DNA of 63,318 nucleotides, filler included, from Asterionella formosa (lineage: Eukaryota): the NCBI GenBank assembly GCA_002256025.1. It is 12 parts of 12 records of this genome, joined end to end, with 100 filler letters (N's around TTAATTAATTAA, not from the genome) between each part and the next. Parts side by side here need not be neighbours in the genome. Positions count along the whole stretch, not along the records: positions 23,982 to 47,849 come from NKIB01002380.1; positions 47,950 to 49,397 come from NKIB01002390.1; positions 49,498 to 50,945 come from NKIB01002391.1; positions 51,046 to 52,492 come from NKIB01002392.1; positions 52,593 to 54,039 come from NKIB01002394.1; positions 54,140 to 55,586 come from NKIB01002395.1; positions 55,687 to 57,133 come from NKIB01002396.1; positions 57,234 to 58,680 come from NKIB01002397.1; 4 more parts are not named here. One strand, given 5' to 3'. Numbering within the stretch: the first letter of the stretch is position 1; each line of letters begins with the position of its first letter. Positions 46,591-59,579 of the stretch are shown piece after piece. The translations under genes and the position numbers were made by a program. Under the pieces are notes generated by a model. That model searched no databases, had not been told where the DNA came from, and was given only the letters and a program-made list of their open reading frames with translations.

Positions 46591-47949
46591 TTGACTCTCT
46601 CTAGCTGAGTATGGTTACGTAGCTTGTGATACGAGCTCATAGTAGAAAGTTAGCAAAGCGCGTTAGCCCAAGAAAAGCATTGCTTGGCGGGAATATTGAC
46701 ATCATGGTCAACGACTATACAGATCAACAAATAAGATCAACAATAATGCATCTTCAAAGAGTAGGATCAATACATCGGCCCTTGTGTACTAGATAGTTAC
46801 AATCGAATGACAACGACAGTGCGGAACGACAAACAATAATGGAAGCGATCAAAACGAACCATGGAAGCAATCAAATCGGAAATTCGACAACTTTAATCTA
46901 CAATGACATTCAAATTTTCACTGTTGTACTCACCAATCCGCTCTAACAAGCGTAACACGCAGCAGACGACGGGCTCATAAGAAAGTAGAAAAATGCTGCT
47001 GTTGCAAGCCCAAATTGAGCAACGGGAGACAGGGTAGAGTGTTTTGTTATAATTGCTTGTGAGGACGAAATCGGGCATTCGTAAAATCAATGAATATGGG
47101 AAGCAAATAATTTAACACACCATTATCGCAAAGATAATACGCATTGAAATGTTGAAGTTTAGCTTAAACCATGCGTGGTTGTTTTGAGTACCACGTTCGT
47201 ATGTAGGCTAAATGACTAGAATATTAGTTAAGCATCACATATCTGAACAGAGCAAAAACTTTCCGCAGCATCAGATGTATCAAAATCATCATTTGTCCGA
47301 CGAAATATGGATGATGTGACTACATGAATCCCTCGAGAAGACAAGCAAGCCAACTAACAACCGCATCCTTTTGACAACGAATTGCTACTGGTGTCATCAA
47401 TGAACTCATTTTGCTTCAGACTGGGTATGATGGACGGTGATCGGCATGGTGAATGGTGAATTGCCGGATTCCACTTTTCAGTTGACGAAGAAAAACGATG
47501 TGAATACTAGATATAATTTAATCAAATCTGTATAGTATATAAAATGGTTTCCTTAAGTAGACCCCTTGCTGGCCGATTTCGGCAATCCCAGGGCTGGAAA
47601 TCCGAGGGTCAATTGGCGTCTGTTGTCTTGCCAAAATGCTAACATAGGAAATACACAAAATATATTTGATGGATTGGCAATATCGGACCTTTGGCAAGAT
47701 TTTATGCGAAGATAGGAAATATCCAAAATATATTTTATATGATGGGCCAATGCAAGCTAAAAATGACATTTACGCTCAATGAGTGGGCAGTAAGTAAGCT
47801 AATGCCATGACGATAGCTAGTTTGTGAATTGCCTCAACAATACCCTTCTNNNNNNNNNNNNNNNNNNNNNNNNNNNNNNNNNNNNNNNNNNNNTTAATTA
47901 ATTAANNNNNNNNNNNNNNNNNNNNNNNNNNNNNNNNNNNNNNNNNNNN

Positions 47950-49397
47950 TTGAGACTCTTCCAGACCTTGTAGTTCTAACATTTGGGTCTGAGTCATCCT
48001 GAGTGCTTGGATTGACTTCTAACATTGCCTCTTCATTTTCAGTTTCATTTGCTGGCTCTTCATCCTCATCTTGGATTTCATCTGAATTCATTTCAATATT
48101 ATTCTCATTGTTGCCCTCGTCAGGTTCAGGGTCATCCTCTTGAGTATTGTCATTTAATTCGAGCTGTTCTGCTTCATATATTTCATCCGGAGTCATTTCG
48201 TCATAGTCTTCTTCTCCAAGAATTTCATCATTGCTTTCGTTGTCACTAGCATCTTGATCTTCATAATCTTCATCTTGTGCATCTTCAAATGCTTCATTAT
48301 CATAATCCACTCCTGCAATCCAAGCACTATCATAAAATAGTTGCCCCGTTCGATTTGCTATCTTGAGACCATCTGGCATATTTTCCTGCACAGCAAGGGC
48401 GTGTACTTGATTCATGATTGCTGGGGTAAGTGGTAGAGGAGTAATTGTTCGTCTAGTGATCAATGAATTTGTAGGTAGGTGTAACAATTCATGACCTCCT
48501 TGCACATTGTCATTGTAGCGTAGAAAAATGCAATCTAGGCTGCGAGGTGCATTTGTGTTTGAAAACACAGGTTCTTCATGTGCTTGGACATAAGTGCCAA
48601 ATGTATACTGGCAATGTCGAGCATAGTCCAGGTTTCGTTGATGTAAAATCATACAAGGACTGTAATATGGGGATATCCCGTTCTTTGCCGGAAAGAAATT
48701 CAGTTTCCTTGCAGATTCTGTCACTAGAATCTTAATCATCAGTCGTGGCAAATGTTTGAAAGGTAATCGATGATAAGCTGCGCGCACGCATTCTTTAATC
48801 ACTCGATTATTTCGCTCCGCTTCGGGAACATGTTCTTGTGGGTTTGCGTAGTTCATAGTGACTTGAAATTCATTGGAAATTTGTTCCATCAAAGGTCGAA
48901 ACTCGTTGTCACAGTGGATTGTTGTAATTTTAAATCCTCCGGTATTATAAACACGGAATACTTGAATCAAAGCATCTCGATAGACTTCAGCTGTCTGATT
49001 CTTGACCCATTGCGCTGTCCTATACATAATGTTTCGAGAAATTGTTGTGAGAAATGATTGTCCATTGACTTTCATTCCATCCATGCAAAGACTCACTTCG
49101 CGTTGAGTTTGAATAAGCTCCTTAGGAATCTCGATGTAGTCATTCATGACTGGCAGCAGCTTGCGACGATTTTTCTTGCCTTTTAGTGTTCTGATGTCTG
49201 GTCCAAAAAATTTCTCTGCAATTTTGATATCATGAGTAGTCACTGGATTATTGTTGATCTTATTCATACAAATAATTGCCTTGAAATCATTAATTGATGG
49301 TGTACCCAAGGCATGATATAGATCACGAGCTCGCTTAGCTCTCTGAAATTGACGTTCAGTGTAAAATGTTTTGTTTTCTTCAAGTGTATTTAACATT
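47950..49397 (-). mobile_element. Ty1/Copia (diatom CoDi-type) pol fragment: integrase core and acidic linker, open across the contig
   Basis: ARDLYHALGTPS..DFK, DDE-like residues in LCMDGM / HCDNEF / EHVPEAERNNR, FGTYVQ, TTRSGR. Confidence 0.9.
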
Positions 49398-49497
49398 NNN
49401 NNNNNNNNNNNNNNNNNNNNNNNNNNNNNNNNNNNNNNNNNTTAATTAATTAANNNNNNNNNNNNNNNNNNNNNNNNNNNNNNNNNNNNNNNNNNNN

Positions 49498-50428
49498 GGG
49501 CTGACAACAAATCGGTGGGGTACTGGTCAATTCCCATTGCATACTGGTTTGACAGGTCAGTGATGAGGGTGCCATACCTGGTGGGGTCAGCACTTCGAAT
49601 CAGAGCGATTGCAAGGGTGCGTTCACGTGCGATCTCCTTTCGCTCTTCAGTGCTACGCCCATTCCCGTCCTGATCTTGGAAGGGTACCAGTTTGTAATTT
49701 GCTGCCACGGTGCTGCCATGGTACTCGATGGTCTCAGCCCATCCTCGCAAACACTCAACATAGTCTTCTGCGGACTGTCCTTGTAACTGACGACAATTGA
49801 GGAAACTGGTCTGGGCGTCCAAAAGTGCAATGAAACCATTCCTGCTCTGATCGAACTGTAAAGTAATCGACTTGATCTGTTTTAGAAGCCAAAAACAATC
49901 ATTGTTGGCAGTCTTGTCCTTGTAGTCATCGTGTGTTTTGACCTTTGCCTTCATGTCATCGCTACACTGGCCCCAAATCACCGCATACACTGTTGCTAGG
50001 TTGCTCTTCAGGGTATGATTGCGCTTGACATACGTTTTTACTTCTTCTGCGAAAATCATTTTCATCGTCAGTCCTGCATTGTCATCTAGGTCATCTGGCA
50101 TGTCTACCATGGGAACCGCCATGGTGTCGGCAAACAAAGGGGCAAGGTCTTCAGAGTACTTCAGTGTTTTCCTCACATATCCGTCTAGAGCTTCTAACGT
50201 TTTGGCGTACTGGCGTCTGTCACTTTGTTCTTCATAGCATTCGAATACGTTTCCGTTCATGCCCTCTGTGCTGCCCTTAAAAATGCCACGGTTGTTGCTT
50301 GTCGCTTGTGTCCTTGCCCGGCCGCCACAGCTCCCGCGCGGACGGTTGTCCCTTCGCCCTCTCCCACCGGTGCTGCCGTGTCCACTCGCTAAGCTGCCGC
50401 TTGTCGTTGCGTCTGGGGTGGCGCTCAT
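49498..50428 (-). mobile_element. CoDi-type Copia gag ORF, truncated by the contig end
   Basis: FKG...MNGNVFEC, VIWGQCSDDMKAK, ADPTRYGTLITDLSNQYAMG.DQYP. Confidence 0.8.
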
Positions 50429-50512
50429 GGGGTTCGTTGGTTCCTTGATTGGTGGCTGCGGCCTTCAGCTGCGCTACTCGAATCTATAAAGTGTTCAAAA
50501 CCTCGGTTGAAA

Positions 50513-50944
50513 TGTCGAAACTCCAGCCTTCCATGTGAATGGCTGTTCCTTTTGTTTTATTTTATTTTAATTTTATCTCGAAACAATGTTGTAACAACTA
50601 CCGTATTCGACCGTATCGTAGGCCTTGAACCTAGTACTGTGTTAATCGAATACAGTTGATGAAATTGATAGCAACGAGGAAGTTGTCAAACTTAAACTTT
50701 CACTTTACTAACTGGATTGTTTCGAGATAATGGTCTCGAAACACTCTTATTACCGGTACTCACATTGCATTTTAACATTTTTTCCTGACCTCTGATTGCT
50801 TTTCCTTGCGTTGTGCCTTTTACCACGTCAGCCCAGGTAAATCTTGGTAGCGGCTGTACGGTTTTAACTGTAGTACTGTTCTCTCTCGTGTCCACTATAC
50901 CCTTCACGCCTGTCCTGTGGCAGTCAGCTCGCATTTTTCCAACA
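50513..50944 (-). mobile_element. Probable 5' LTR (about 432 bp, TGTTGG...TCGACA) of the Copia element upstream of gag
   Basis: TG...CA termini with an imperfect short inverted repeat, AATAAA near the 3' end, and the 'TWADVV' pol-tail peptide; the second LTR is not present for comparison. Confidence 0.55.
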
Positions 50945-53900
50945 CNNNNNNNNNNNNNNNNNNNNNNNNNNNNNNNNNNNNNNNNNNNNTTAATTAATTA
51001 ANNNNNNNNNNNNNNNNNNNNNNNNNNNNNNNNNNNNNNNNNNNNCAATGTGGACAAAAGAAATCGGTAAGTGCTGCCTATCAGCCATCTTTGGATCAAT
51101 CCACAACTGTTAGAAAAACTGACACATATGTGTTGCTTCTTTCAGGATAATGGTAGACAAACAGTATTTGTAAGTTCCAAAGAGCAGTGTTGGAGCCCAT
51201 TCATTGATCAATACCTTGCTTCTCATTCAATCTTCGACTGACACATTATTCTACAGAAATATGCATCAGTTACTTCCTCAATTTGTGGTAAGTGAAGCAA
51301 GATAGAAGCGAAATGTATTTCTTGTGTAAGCAAAACATGAACAGCTAACAATGAATTGCTTCTCTTTGTTAGTATGGCTGATTGAAACAACGAAATGGAT
51401 TCAATAGTAATAGGAAAATGCGTGAATGCAAACTCAGAACAACCCTCAGGAGTAAATGGAACAAAGCAAGAAGGGGAACAACGACAAGGCAACCAGTACA
51501 ACAACCTTCAGAATTGGATTGGGGGGAAGGTGGAGTTGAAAGCGGCACCAAGCAACAATTATTGCGATGAAGGCATTTTATAACATTCTGTAGCCACTTA
51601 AGATATAGAATCATAGAACCATTCCTAGCTAAATATAGTTCTAAATTTCGATCAATTTCATCCTATTTTAGACAGTGATATCGATGAGAATTACGATCAT
51701 GCTAAGATAGATGTTTGACAAAAGTATACACATCATATGACCATGTTTAACTAATTATATGATGCAATGGTATTATAACTATGATAGTATCATCATACTT
51801 CAATCTCGGTAAAAGTTTACTTCATGATCATAATTATATGATACATTGATCATATTTTTGATCGAAAAACTATCATATATGTGAAAATCCTGTGCCACAT
51901 AGTAGTGTACGATACCCTTGATCATATTTTCATGATATTTTTTATTAACAGACGTTGTTTACAACCCAAACCGGTGGTTTGAAAACCACTGGGATGGAAG
52001 ATATCTCAGACAAAAGCGAAGAAGTGGCTGACGAAGATGACAGTCACAGTCATAGCAACAGTGATAGTACTGACAGTTCTGGTATCGAAAACCAGCCTAA
52101 ATTTGACGAGGGTAACGAGGATGACTTAAATAGCTGTGATATCGAAGAAATCGAAGGTGTAATGGGAACTGTCACAGAAGTGCCTGGAATCTTGGAAAGC
52201 GAGGTTCTTTTAGCACTTGATAAAGGTGTTTTCTTCAATCCACCATATGAAATAAAAGTCGAGGTGTGGGTGAATAATTATTTGCTATGGATGTCAAGAT
52301 TGGGGACGTTGAAGGTATCCTTTGCGATTTGGGAAAACGGAATTTTGGAGGTGGTGGGAGTCTCATGTGGATATCAAAAGATCGTCCATACCTTAGAGGT
52401 GATGGCATTAGAGTTACAAAGAAAAGATGCACATTTTCCATTCCTGTAAATGTCCCTTTGTAATTCGGGAATTAATCAATACCAAAACAAATNNNNNNNN
52501 NNNNNNNNNNNNNNNNNNNNNNNNNNNNNNNNNNNNTTAATTAATTAANNNNNNNNNNNNNNNNNNNNNNNNNNNNNNNNNNNNNNNNNNNNATTTCCAA
52601 AAACTATCTTATCATGTTCACGGCAACTAGTAGTAGGTGACAATAAATCAAACAAAACATCACCTGCATTTTTCTTGAGCATGTTAGTAAGAATCTCATT
52701 TAGATAGCGCCTGAAGACTACTCTGTGTTACTAGTAGTAGGGGAATCCACATAGCACTTCCATGCATGCTGAGGAGACTGGGCAGAGACAACCTCTAGAG
52801 ATTAACCCAACATAGCTGGTGACATCCAGCACTGACACATGGGGGATTTTTCTTGAGCATGGTTGCCATACATGGAAAAAAGAGTTGCATTGCAGTGCAA
52901 AAAATTAATTTGCAACAAGACAGCTCTTGCTGTTGGTGCCTGCATCAGAAATCAATAAACTGGGTTTGTTCTTATGTTGATTTCAATATGTAGCCAGTTT
53001 CACTGTCAACACATGATAGCAATTCATGTTGACCGCCATGATAGCAGCAACCCATACTTGTTTACAATGGAAAGACGCATTTCATGGTGGTAACCATTCT
53101 GTTGGCACATACTTGCTTAGAATAGATAGTTTCACTAAAAACGGTCATGAATTCAGGTTATCCGTACCATCAGCATACTATACTTGTTGCTTTCATTAAG
53201 AGGGAGTTTGACTATAAACAAATATCAATTCAGAATAGTCATTCCTTCAGCAAATACTTAAACAGCAGCTGTGGTAGTAAGAAGACTGCTTATATTCCTT
53301 GGGGGCGGCTGATATTGTAACCATTCATCTGACAAAATAAGCATGGCTGGCTGGTTAGTGGTTCCTAGTAAATCATCTTGATTGTGATAGAAGATGAGTT
53401 TCATAAAAACTAATGAGCTGTAGCTGGTAGGAAAGTTGGATAAGCTGCCTGAAATACTACATTTCTACTTCTACATGCTCTATCCATAAACACATGGGAA
53501 ATGCTGCTGTTCTACAAGCAAGAAACTTGATTTCAGATGTCTGGATAAAAATGTGCGATGCATGATAATAATATACAAATAGACTGTTATTGTAGTTCTG
53601 ATGATGAATACACACAGGCAAATGCACTGATACAAACACAAATGAGATTATATTTGAATTAGTCTGGCATTACCCTGCTTCATTCATAGCTGCCAATCTA
53701 TAGTACTATGAAGGAAGTATGGAAATGATAGGACCAAAATTCCAAATGATAAGGATGGTCAATAACAAGAACTCAAAATATATCTGTTGCTATTTGAGTT
53801 GGTGCTGTTTACATTATGAGACACACCTAATATGTCATAATTGATAATCAACAATGAAAATGGGCGGAACACCTTCTCATAGAAGCAATTGTACAACAAA

Positions 53901-54949
53901 TCCATTCTGTCGTTGTTAGGATCTACCTTGGTGCTTACTTCTGCCATGCACTACTGAGTAATAACCCTACCTTCACACTTTTGCAAGCCGGTCACTCTTG
54001 GATGGCACTGACTCAAGTTACACAAAATTGAATATTACTNNNNNNNNNNNNNNNNNNNNNNNNNNNNNNNNNNNNNNNNNNNNTTAATTAATTAANNNNN
54101 NNNNNNNNNNNNNNNNNNNNNNNNNNNNNNNNNNNNNNNGGAAACGAGCGATATGAAAAAAATCGTTTATCAGATTCTTTCTATAACTATAACTATGTGG
54201 ACAGCAGTCTCTTAAATTTTCGTTTCTCCTTCTATGCTGAATCTCAATTGTAGATGTAGTATGTGAGAATTTAAAATGTCAACGAGAACAAGTACTAGAA
54301 TGAATTTTTTACGAGTTGATTGGCGAGATTGCAATGCTGGTCGACAAAACGGATGTACTATGTGCGCTGTGTGCTGAATCATTCCGATTTCGAATGATTT
54401 CTTCTCTATAAATCTTAATTGAATGATTATGAACATAGGTTCACTGCACATGACGATTACTCAAAGATAGTATAATGATCACTTGACCAACAATTGAAGA
54501 CCTTATCTCAAACAATCATTCCACTTGTCATCGCTAGTATTTCGTTGTTGTTGCAAAGATGACGGATGGAAATGACAAGCCAAATTACATTACTTTAGCT
54601 GGTACATTATCCTACCAAGAAATTCAAATACAGCAATCTAATAGAAACAATACATATAATAATTAAATATACAGAGTCAAAGGGGTTACTATTTAAATTA
54701 TGAGGGCATTTATCAAATTTATTAGATGATATAACGAAAAATTATGATCAGCTGATCATAATCCTATGATGGTTTTTATATGCAGACCTTGTCGACAAAT
54801 TCAGTTACAAGACCTAGTGTTATGGTCTTAAGGACCTCTCTAGCTCCTCCATCGCCGATGCGTTCTGGCAGTTCTTTGTTGATACAAGTAGTTTTCCCTT
54901 TGTACTTCAACGTGAATTTGATCAAAAGTTTCTTGGGGGGCCTACCAAT

Positions 54950-55480
54950 AGGTAAGCTGCTCCGCCTGTTGAAGGGTATCTGTGTCAATGCTGCTCCTCC
55001 TTACCGTCAATCTCAGAATGGTTTAGTTCAATCCCACTGGCGTGTTGCTCCCTCCATGGCTCGCTCTTTCCTTGCAGAGGCCAGTCTCCCCAAACAATTC
55101 TGGATTTGGGCTGTCCACGAGGCTACCCTCCGGTGAACATGGTTCCCTGCCTCCTCGGGTCGCTCTGCTTCCAAGACCTACACCATTACATTCAAACTTG
55201 GCTGCATTGGTTATTATAGGCATCCTTGTGTCACTTTGAGAGTCAAGGCTTCACAGGCATTGCCCTTGGCTGCGCTGACCCAGCCAAAAGCATACTGTTT
55301 TGGAATCCAATTTTGTCCCGATTCTGTGTGTCTGCTGATTACACTATTGATTCCACCAATGCTATCGCCGACCCATTCCCTACTATCATGTATGATGGTG
55401 GAGTCCACCTGCACCTGTACAACAATCCTACCACTTGCTTCTGCATCCGACGAAGTCTACCCTCCTGGTACTAGTGTTGT
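54950..55480 (+). pseudogene. Decayed Copia integrase C-terminal fragment
   Basis: AAPPYRQSQNGLV..HW....MARSFLAEASLPKQFWIWAV, then after a stop/frameshift FESQGFTGIALG...FWNP...YDGG. Confidence 0.7.
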
Positions 55481-55686
55481 CTTCTCTTTGTCCGCCTTTA
55501 GAAAGAATACAATTTTTGCACGAAAGTGTTGGGAAATGCACAAACCGTTAGTCAGAGGAATTAGTGTTTACATTTTAGCATCAAAANNNNNNNNNNNNNN
55601 NNNNNNNNNNNNNNNNNNNNNNNNNNNNNNTTAATTAATTAANNNNNNNNNNNNNNNNNNNNNNNNNNNNNNNNNNNNNNNNNNNN

Positions 55687-56038
55687 TGAAACAGTTAAAA
55701 CTTCACATGAAACCGTTAAAACTTCACATGAAACCGTTAAAAGTAACCTTTTTTACGTGAAGAGTGGCATTAATGCATGTGAAGTACCACATAATTAACA
55801 CTCGTACGTAGACAAAATTTCGAAAAGTCAAATGAATTATTTGAAACATCAACTAATTCAGTCTCGCGTTCAAAATTCATTCTGAAAACTTCACATGAAA
55901 CAGTTAAAACTTCACATGAAACCGTTAAAAGTAATCTTTTTTACGTGAAGAGTGGCATTAATGCATGTGAAGTACCACATAATTAACACTCATACGTAGA
56001 CGAAATTTCGAAAAGTGGCGTATTTCGCGTCTTAGATG
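55687..56038. repeat. Repeat terminus with an approximately 190-bp tandem duplication and 21-bp AAAC(A/C)GTTAAAACTTCACATG sub-repeats
   Basis: Direct inspection; shares its end with 23982-24117. Confidence 0.8.
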
Positions 56039-57937
56039 GAGAGGCATAAAATGTTTATGATATAATTTTGATCAAAATATGATTATGTTAAAATAATACA
56101 ATGACAATAAAATGCGATAAAATATGTACGCAAGTGTTACCAAGACATCATAGAATATAAATCAAGCAATCATAAAGTATGTTAATTAATAAATATGTTT
56201 GTCGTTTAATATATACAGTTAAAGTCAACAGTTAATATGATAGTATTATACAGTGGATAGGATCTAAGTATATGGATGCGTTGATATGTACATCACTATA
56301 ATATGATTTGTGATATGGATTGGTGCATAGCTATCACATACCGGTATCCTCAACAACCAGCCATCACGTTCATTGTCGTGTCGTCTTTCCTTGTTTTAGC
56401 TATATATGTGCCAGCATGTGTATTGTGTAAACACTACGCTGGCGGAACACTCGGTTACCATCACACCAGTTGCACCTCCACAAGCGCCGCGAAAAGCTCC
56501 GCGTTTCCCTTCCACTGGGTGGTGTGTTTTACATCATTGTCTTCTGGCCCTTCGACAACTTGCTTTCCAAATGGCATTTCACGGATTTCATGGAAAGGAT
56601 CAGTCAAACAAGAAACGAGACTTACTTCCATTGTTTACACTACACGACTTTATGTTTTTCGGAAGAGAAGATGAAGAAACTTATGAAATCAATCGAAGAT
56701 TCCTTTGAATGCACTCAAAGATCAAATGAATTTGAACAGATTCATAATACTCCAGAAAAAATAATAATGAAGCAAGTATACCGATACAATAGTGGCTGAG
56801 ATTGAAGAGAAGGAAAGATTGGCTTGCTTTCGAAGAGGAAACCCAAACTGTTGGTCTTTGTGGATGAAGACTCTATTCGTACAGAGTCATAGTTCCACCA
56901 TCCAGTGTCGTATTTTGCTCCTCATTCTCCCGAAATCGCTGATAATCAAGAAGAACTCAGTGATTCTCATTCATTTGATGAACAAATGCATGCGATGAAT
57001 GAAATTATCGGCGGAAACGTGGCTGACAACACTTCAGAAGTAGAAATGGTTGAAAAGTTGCAAAACCAAGAAACATACTTCCATGCCTATCTCGGTTTAT
57101 ATACTCCTTGTGGCTAGAGTTCATTGTGTGCGANNNNNNNNNNNNNNNNNNNNNNNNNNNNNNNNNNNNNNNNNNNNTTAATTAATTAANNNNNNNNNNN
57201 NNNNNNNNNNNNNNNNNNNNNNNNNNNNNNNNNTCAATATCCCATCGATCCATTTGTTCTCGCAAATGTTTTACTCGATGCCACCAGTCGAAACGATTGA
57301 GGTAATGAGTAGATATTGGCAGGACGCGCAGACGTTGGATATATATAGAAATAACAGCCTCTGCAAATGCATTGTTTCATAGATACGAAATTAGTTATCA
57401 TTTACTAACAGCTAGGTATATGTGTTACGGTTAGATCTCTTCCATTTCTCCTTCAAACTGCATCATATTTCTCCGAACACTACTACCCGTGGTAAGGTAA
57501 TGTTCATAAGGTAGATGAACATTTTCTTCTCTTGCAGCAGCATATCTTCTGTTCAGCTCCTCAGTATGGCAAGCTCATTCCCTTATATTGTAAGCAGAGA
57601 AATTGCCCGATGTCTCAGCATAGCACTCAATGAAATATTTCTTGAATCTTTTTTTATCGAGTCGCCTATACTCAGGAATGTCACTGTCATGGAGATCCTC
57701 AATAGTCATCTGGTAGAATGCTTTATAGTTGTTGTTTGCCTTTAACATCTCTTGTTGTTTGCCTTTATCATCTCTTGGTGTTCTTTGGGAACTGTCAGGT
57801 AATGACGTTCCATACGTTTTGTCATGGCTTCCTTGCTTTTATGAATTTAACTGGCATGATAATTAGCCAGGCTGACGAGTTACTACCGGTACCAGGTAGT
57901 ACGTCTACATCTTTTATCAGCACCTTTAAGTAGCACC

Positions 57938-58120
57938 TACGGTTATGGTGGTACTATGTTTTTCCCTATTATTTTCTGTCGCAGCTCTGTATCGGCTGCG
58001 ATGTACGGTTATAGTGGTACTATGTTTTTCCCTTTTATTTTCTGTCGCAGCTCTGTTGAGGCTGCCATGTACGGTTATGGTGGTACTATGTTTATCCCTA
58101 TTATTTTCTGTCGCAGCTCT
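57938..58120. repeat. Tandem repeat, about 2.8 x 66 bp
   Basis: TACGGTTAT recurs at 57938, 58004 and 58070. Confidence 0.9.
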
Positions 58121-59579
58121 TTAGAGCAAAGCCAATTGCACTTGGTTGAGAATTTTTTTATCAATAGTCGAATTTTGCATATTTTTTCCCACCGCATCGA
58201 CCAAATCCTAGAATAGTCAAATCTCGCGCCGAAACTTTTAGCGAATAGAAATAGCACTAGAATTTTATTACATGTGTATTGTTTTATTAATAAACCCGAT
58301 TACCAATAAGAAAATGATGGGACGCACTGCGTGGTTTGTGGTAGCATACCAGGGTACTCATCCATATGTATCTGCCTGATGAAATCAGCAAAGATAGCGA
58401 CTCATCAGATGACGACCGCTCCTACACTTCCGTACATACCAGTTAAACATATACAGGAAGAAAACGAGAAAGGCAACCGAAGGAGGATCAAAGGAAGTCG
58501 CTTAGCTACCGGTAGTCTGTACCTGTAGTTTTTTGAATAATTGTAGCACCACGTTTCCTGCAAATTCCTTATTCTTACGCAGCTAGTACTACGCCTATCG
58601 AAACTGCCCATCAAAAACTAATGTGACTATGCATTTGTATATTGGTATTCTAGAATAGAAAAACCTTCCGTTTTTCCAATNNNNNNNNNNNNNNNNNNNN
58701 NNNNNNNNNNNNNNNNNNNNNNNNTTAATTAATTAANNNNNNNNNNNNNNNNNNNNNNNNNNNNNNNNNNNNNNNNNNNNTACTATGCAATCCGTTAAGA
58801 GCTTGAAAAGAAATCCAATGAAAACGAAATGGCTCATCACACAAGACGAAAATGTCCAGCCGGTCTGTCACCAGAGCATCAATCAGTGTTACAAAATCAA
58901 TCATAGCTAAACAACATCCATTATAGAACAGCACAATCTACTTCTCCGTAACATCGTCTCTCTAACAAGAAGAACGTAATACATCTAGAATTGAAACGCA
59001 GCATAGCAGGCGATATGCACAAAGAAGCATTAGACTGTGCCGTCTATTTATAGTAATAGAGTGATTCTGGTTTCGTAATTTTTATGTCTCATTAGATTTT
59101 CTTTGTCATCGTACTAGTTCCTTACCTTTGAAGACAGGAGCGTAGCTATTCTTTGATGTATCTGGAATATTTTAATGGATGGCAGCAGTTGGATTTAGAC
59201 ACAAACCTCGACAAAAGCACTAGTACCTTGTCGATGTTCATGAAAAGCGAGACACTTTGCTTGGCCTATCGCCCACCAGCCAGTCTATACTGCAAAAATG
59301 CAAGAAGCAAGCACAAGTTGAATGCCCATTTATGGATTCAAGTTTCAGTAGTGCAACAATGTAAAATATTGGAAACCGGAAGTCACATTTCATCTAATTA
59401 CGGTTTTCATTAGCTATACTACTAGCTAGTATTGATTCAGAGGAAGCAATGGTAGAATGGCTGCCAAACGGGCGGGGGCAAACACAGAGAATCCTACTAA
59501 TTTTTCTTCCCAATGATCCCAGTCCCTTTTTGAATGTCACTTGCTACAGAAAATGTAGAACAGCCGCCATGATCTGTTG

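Noticed and set aside
47950..50945. gag and pol fragments as one contiguous Copia element
   Set aside because: They lie on separate length-sorted contigs; the gag-pol order across the linker may be coincidental
52593..54039. Cys/His-rich traces on the minus strand (possible PHD-like domain)
   Set aside because: Too many stops and frameshifts to assign a family
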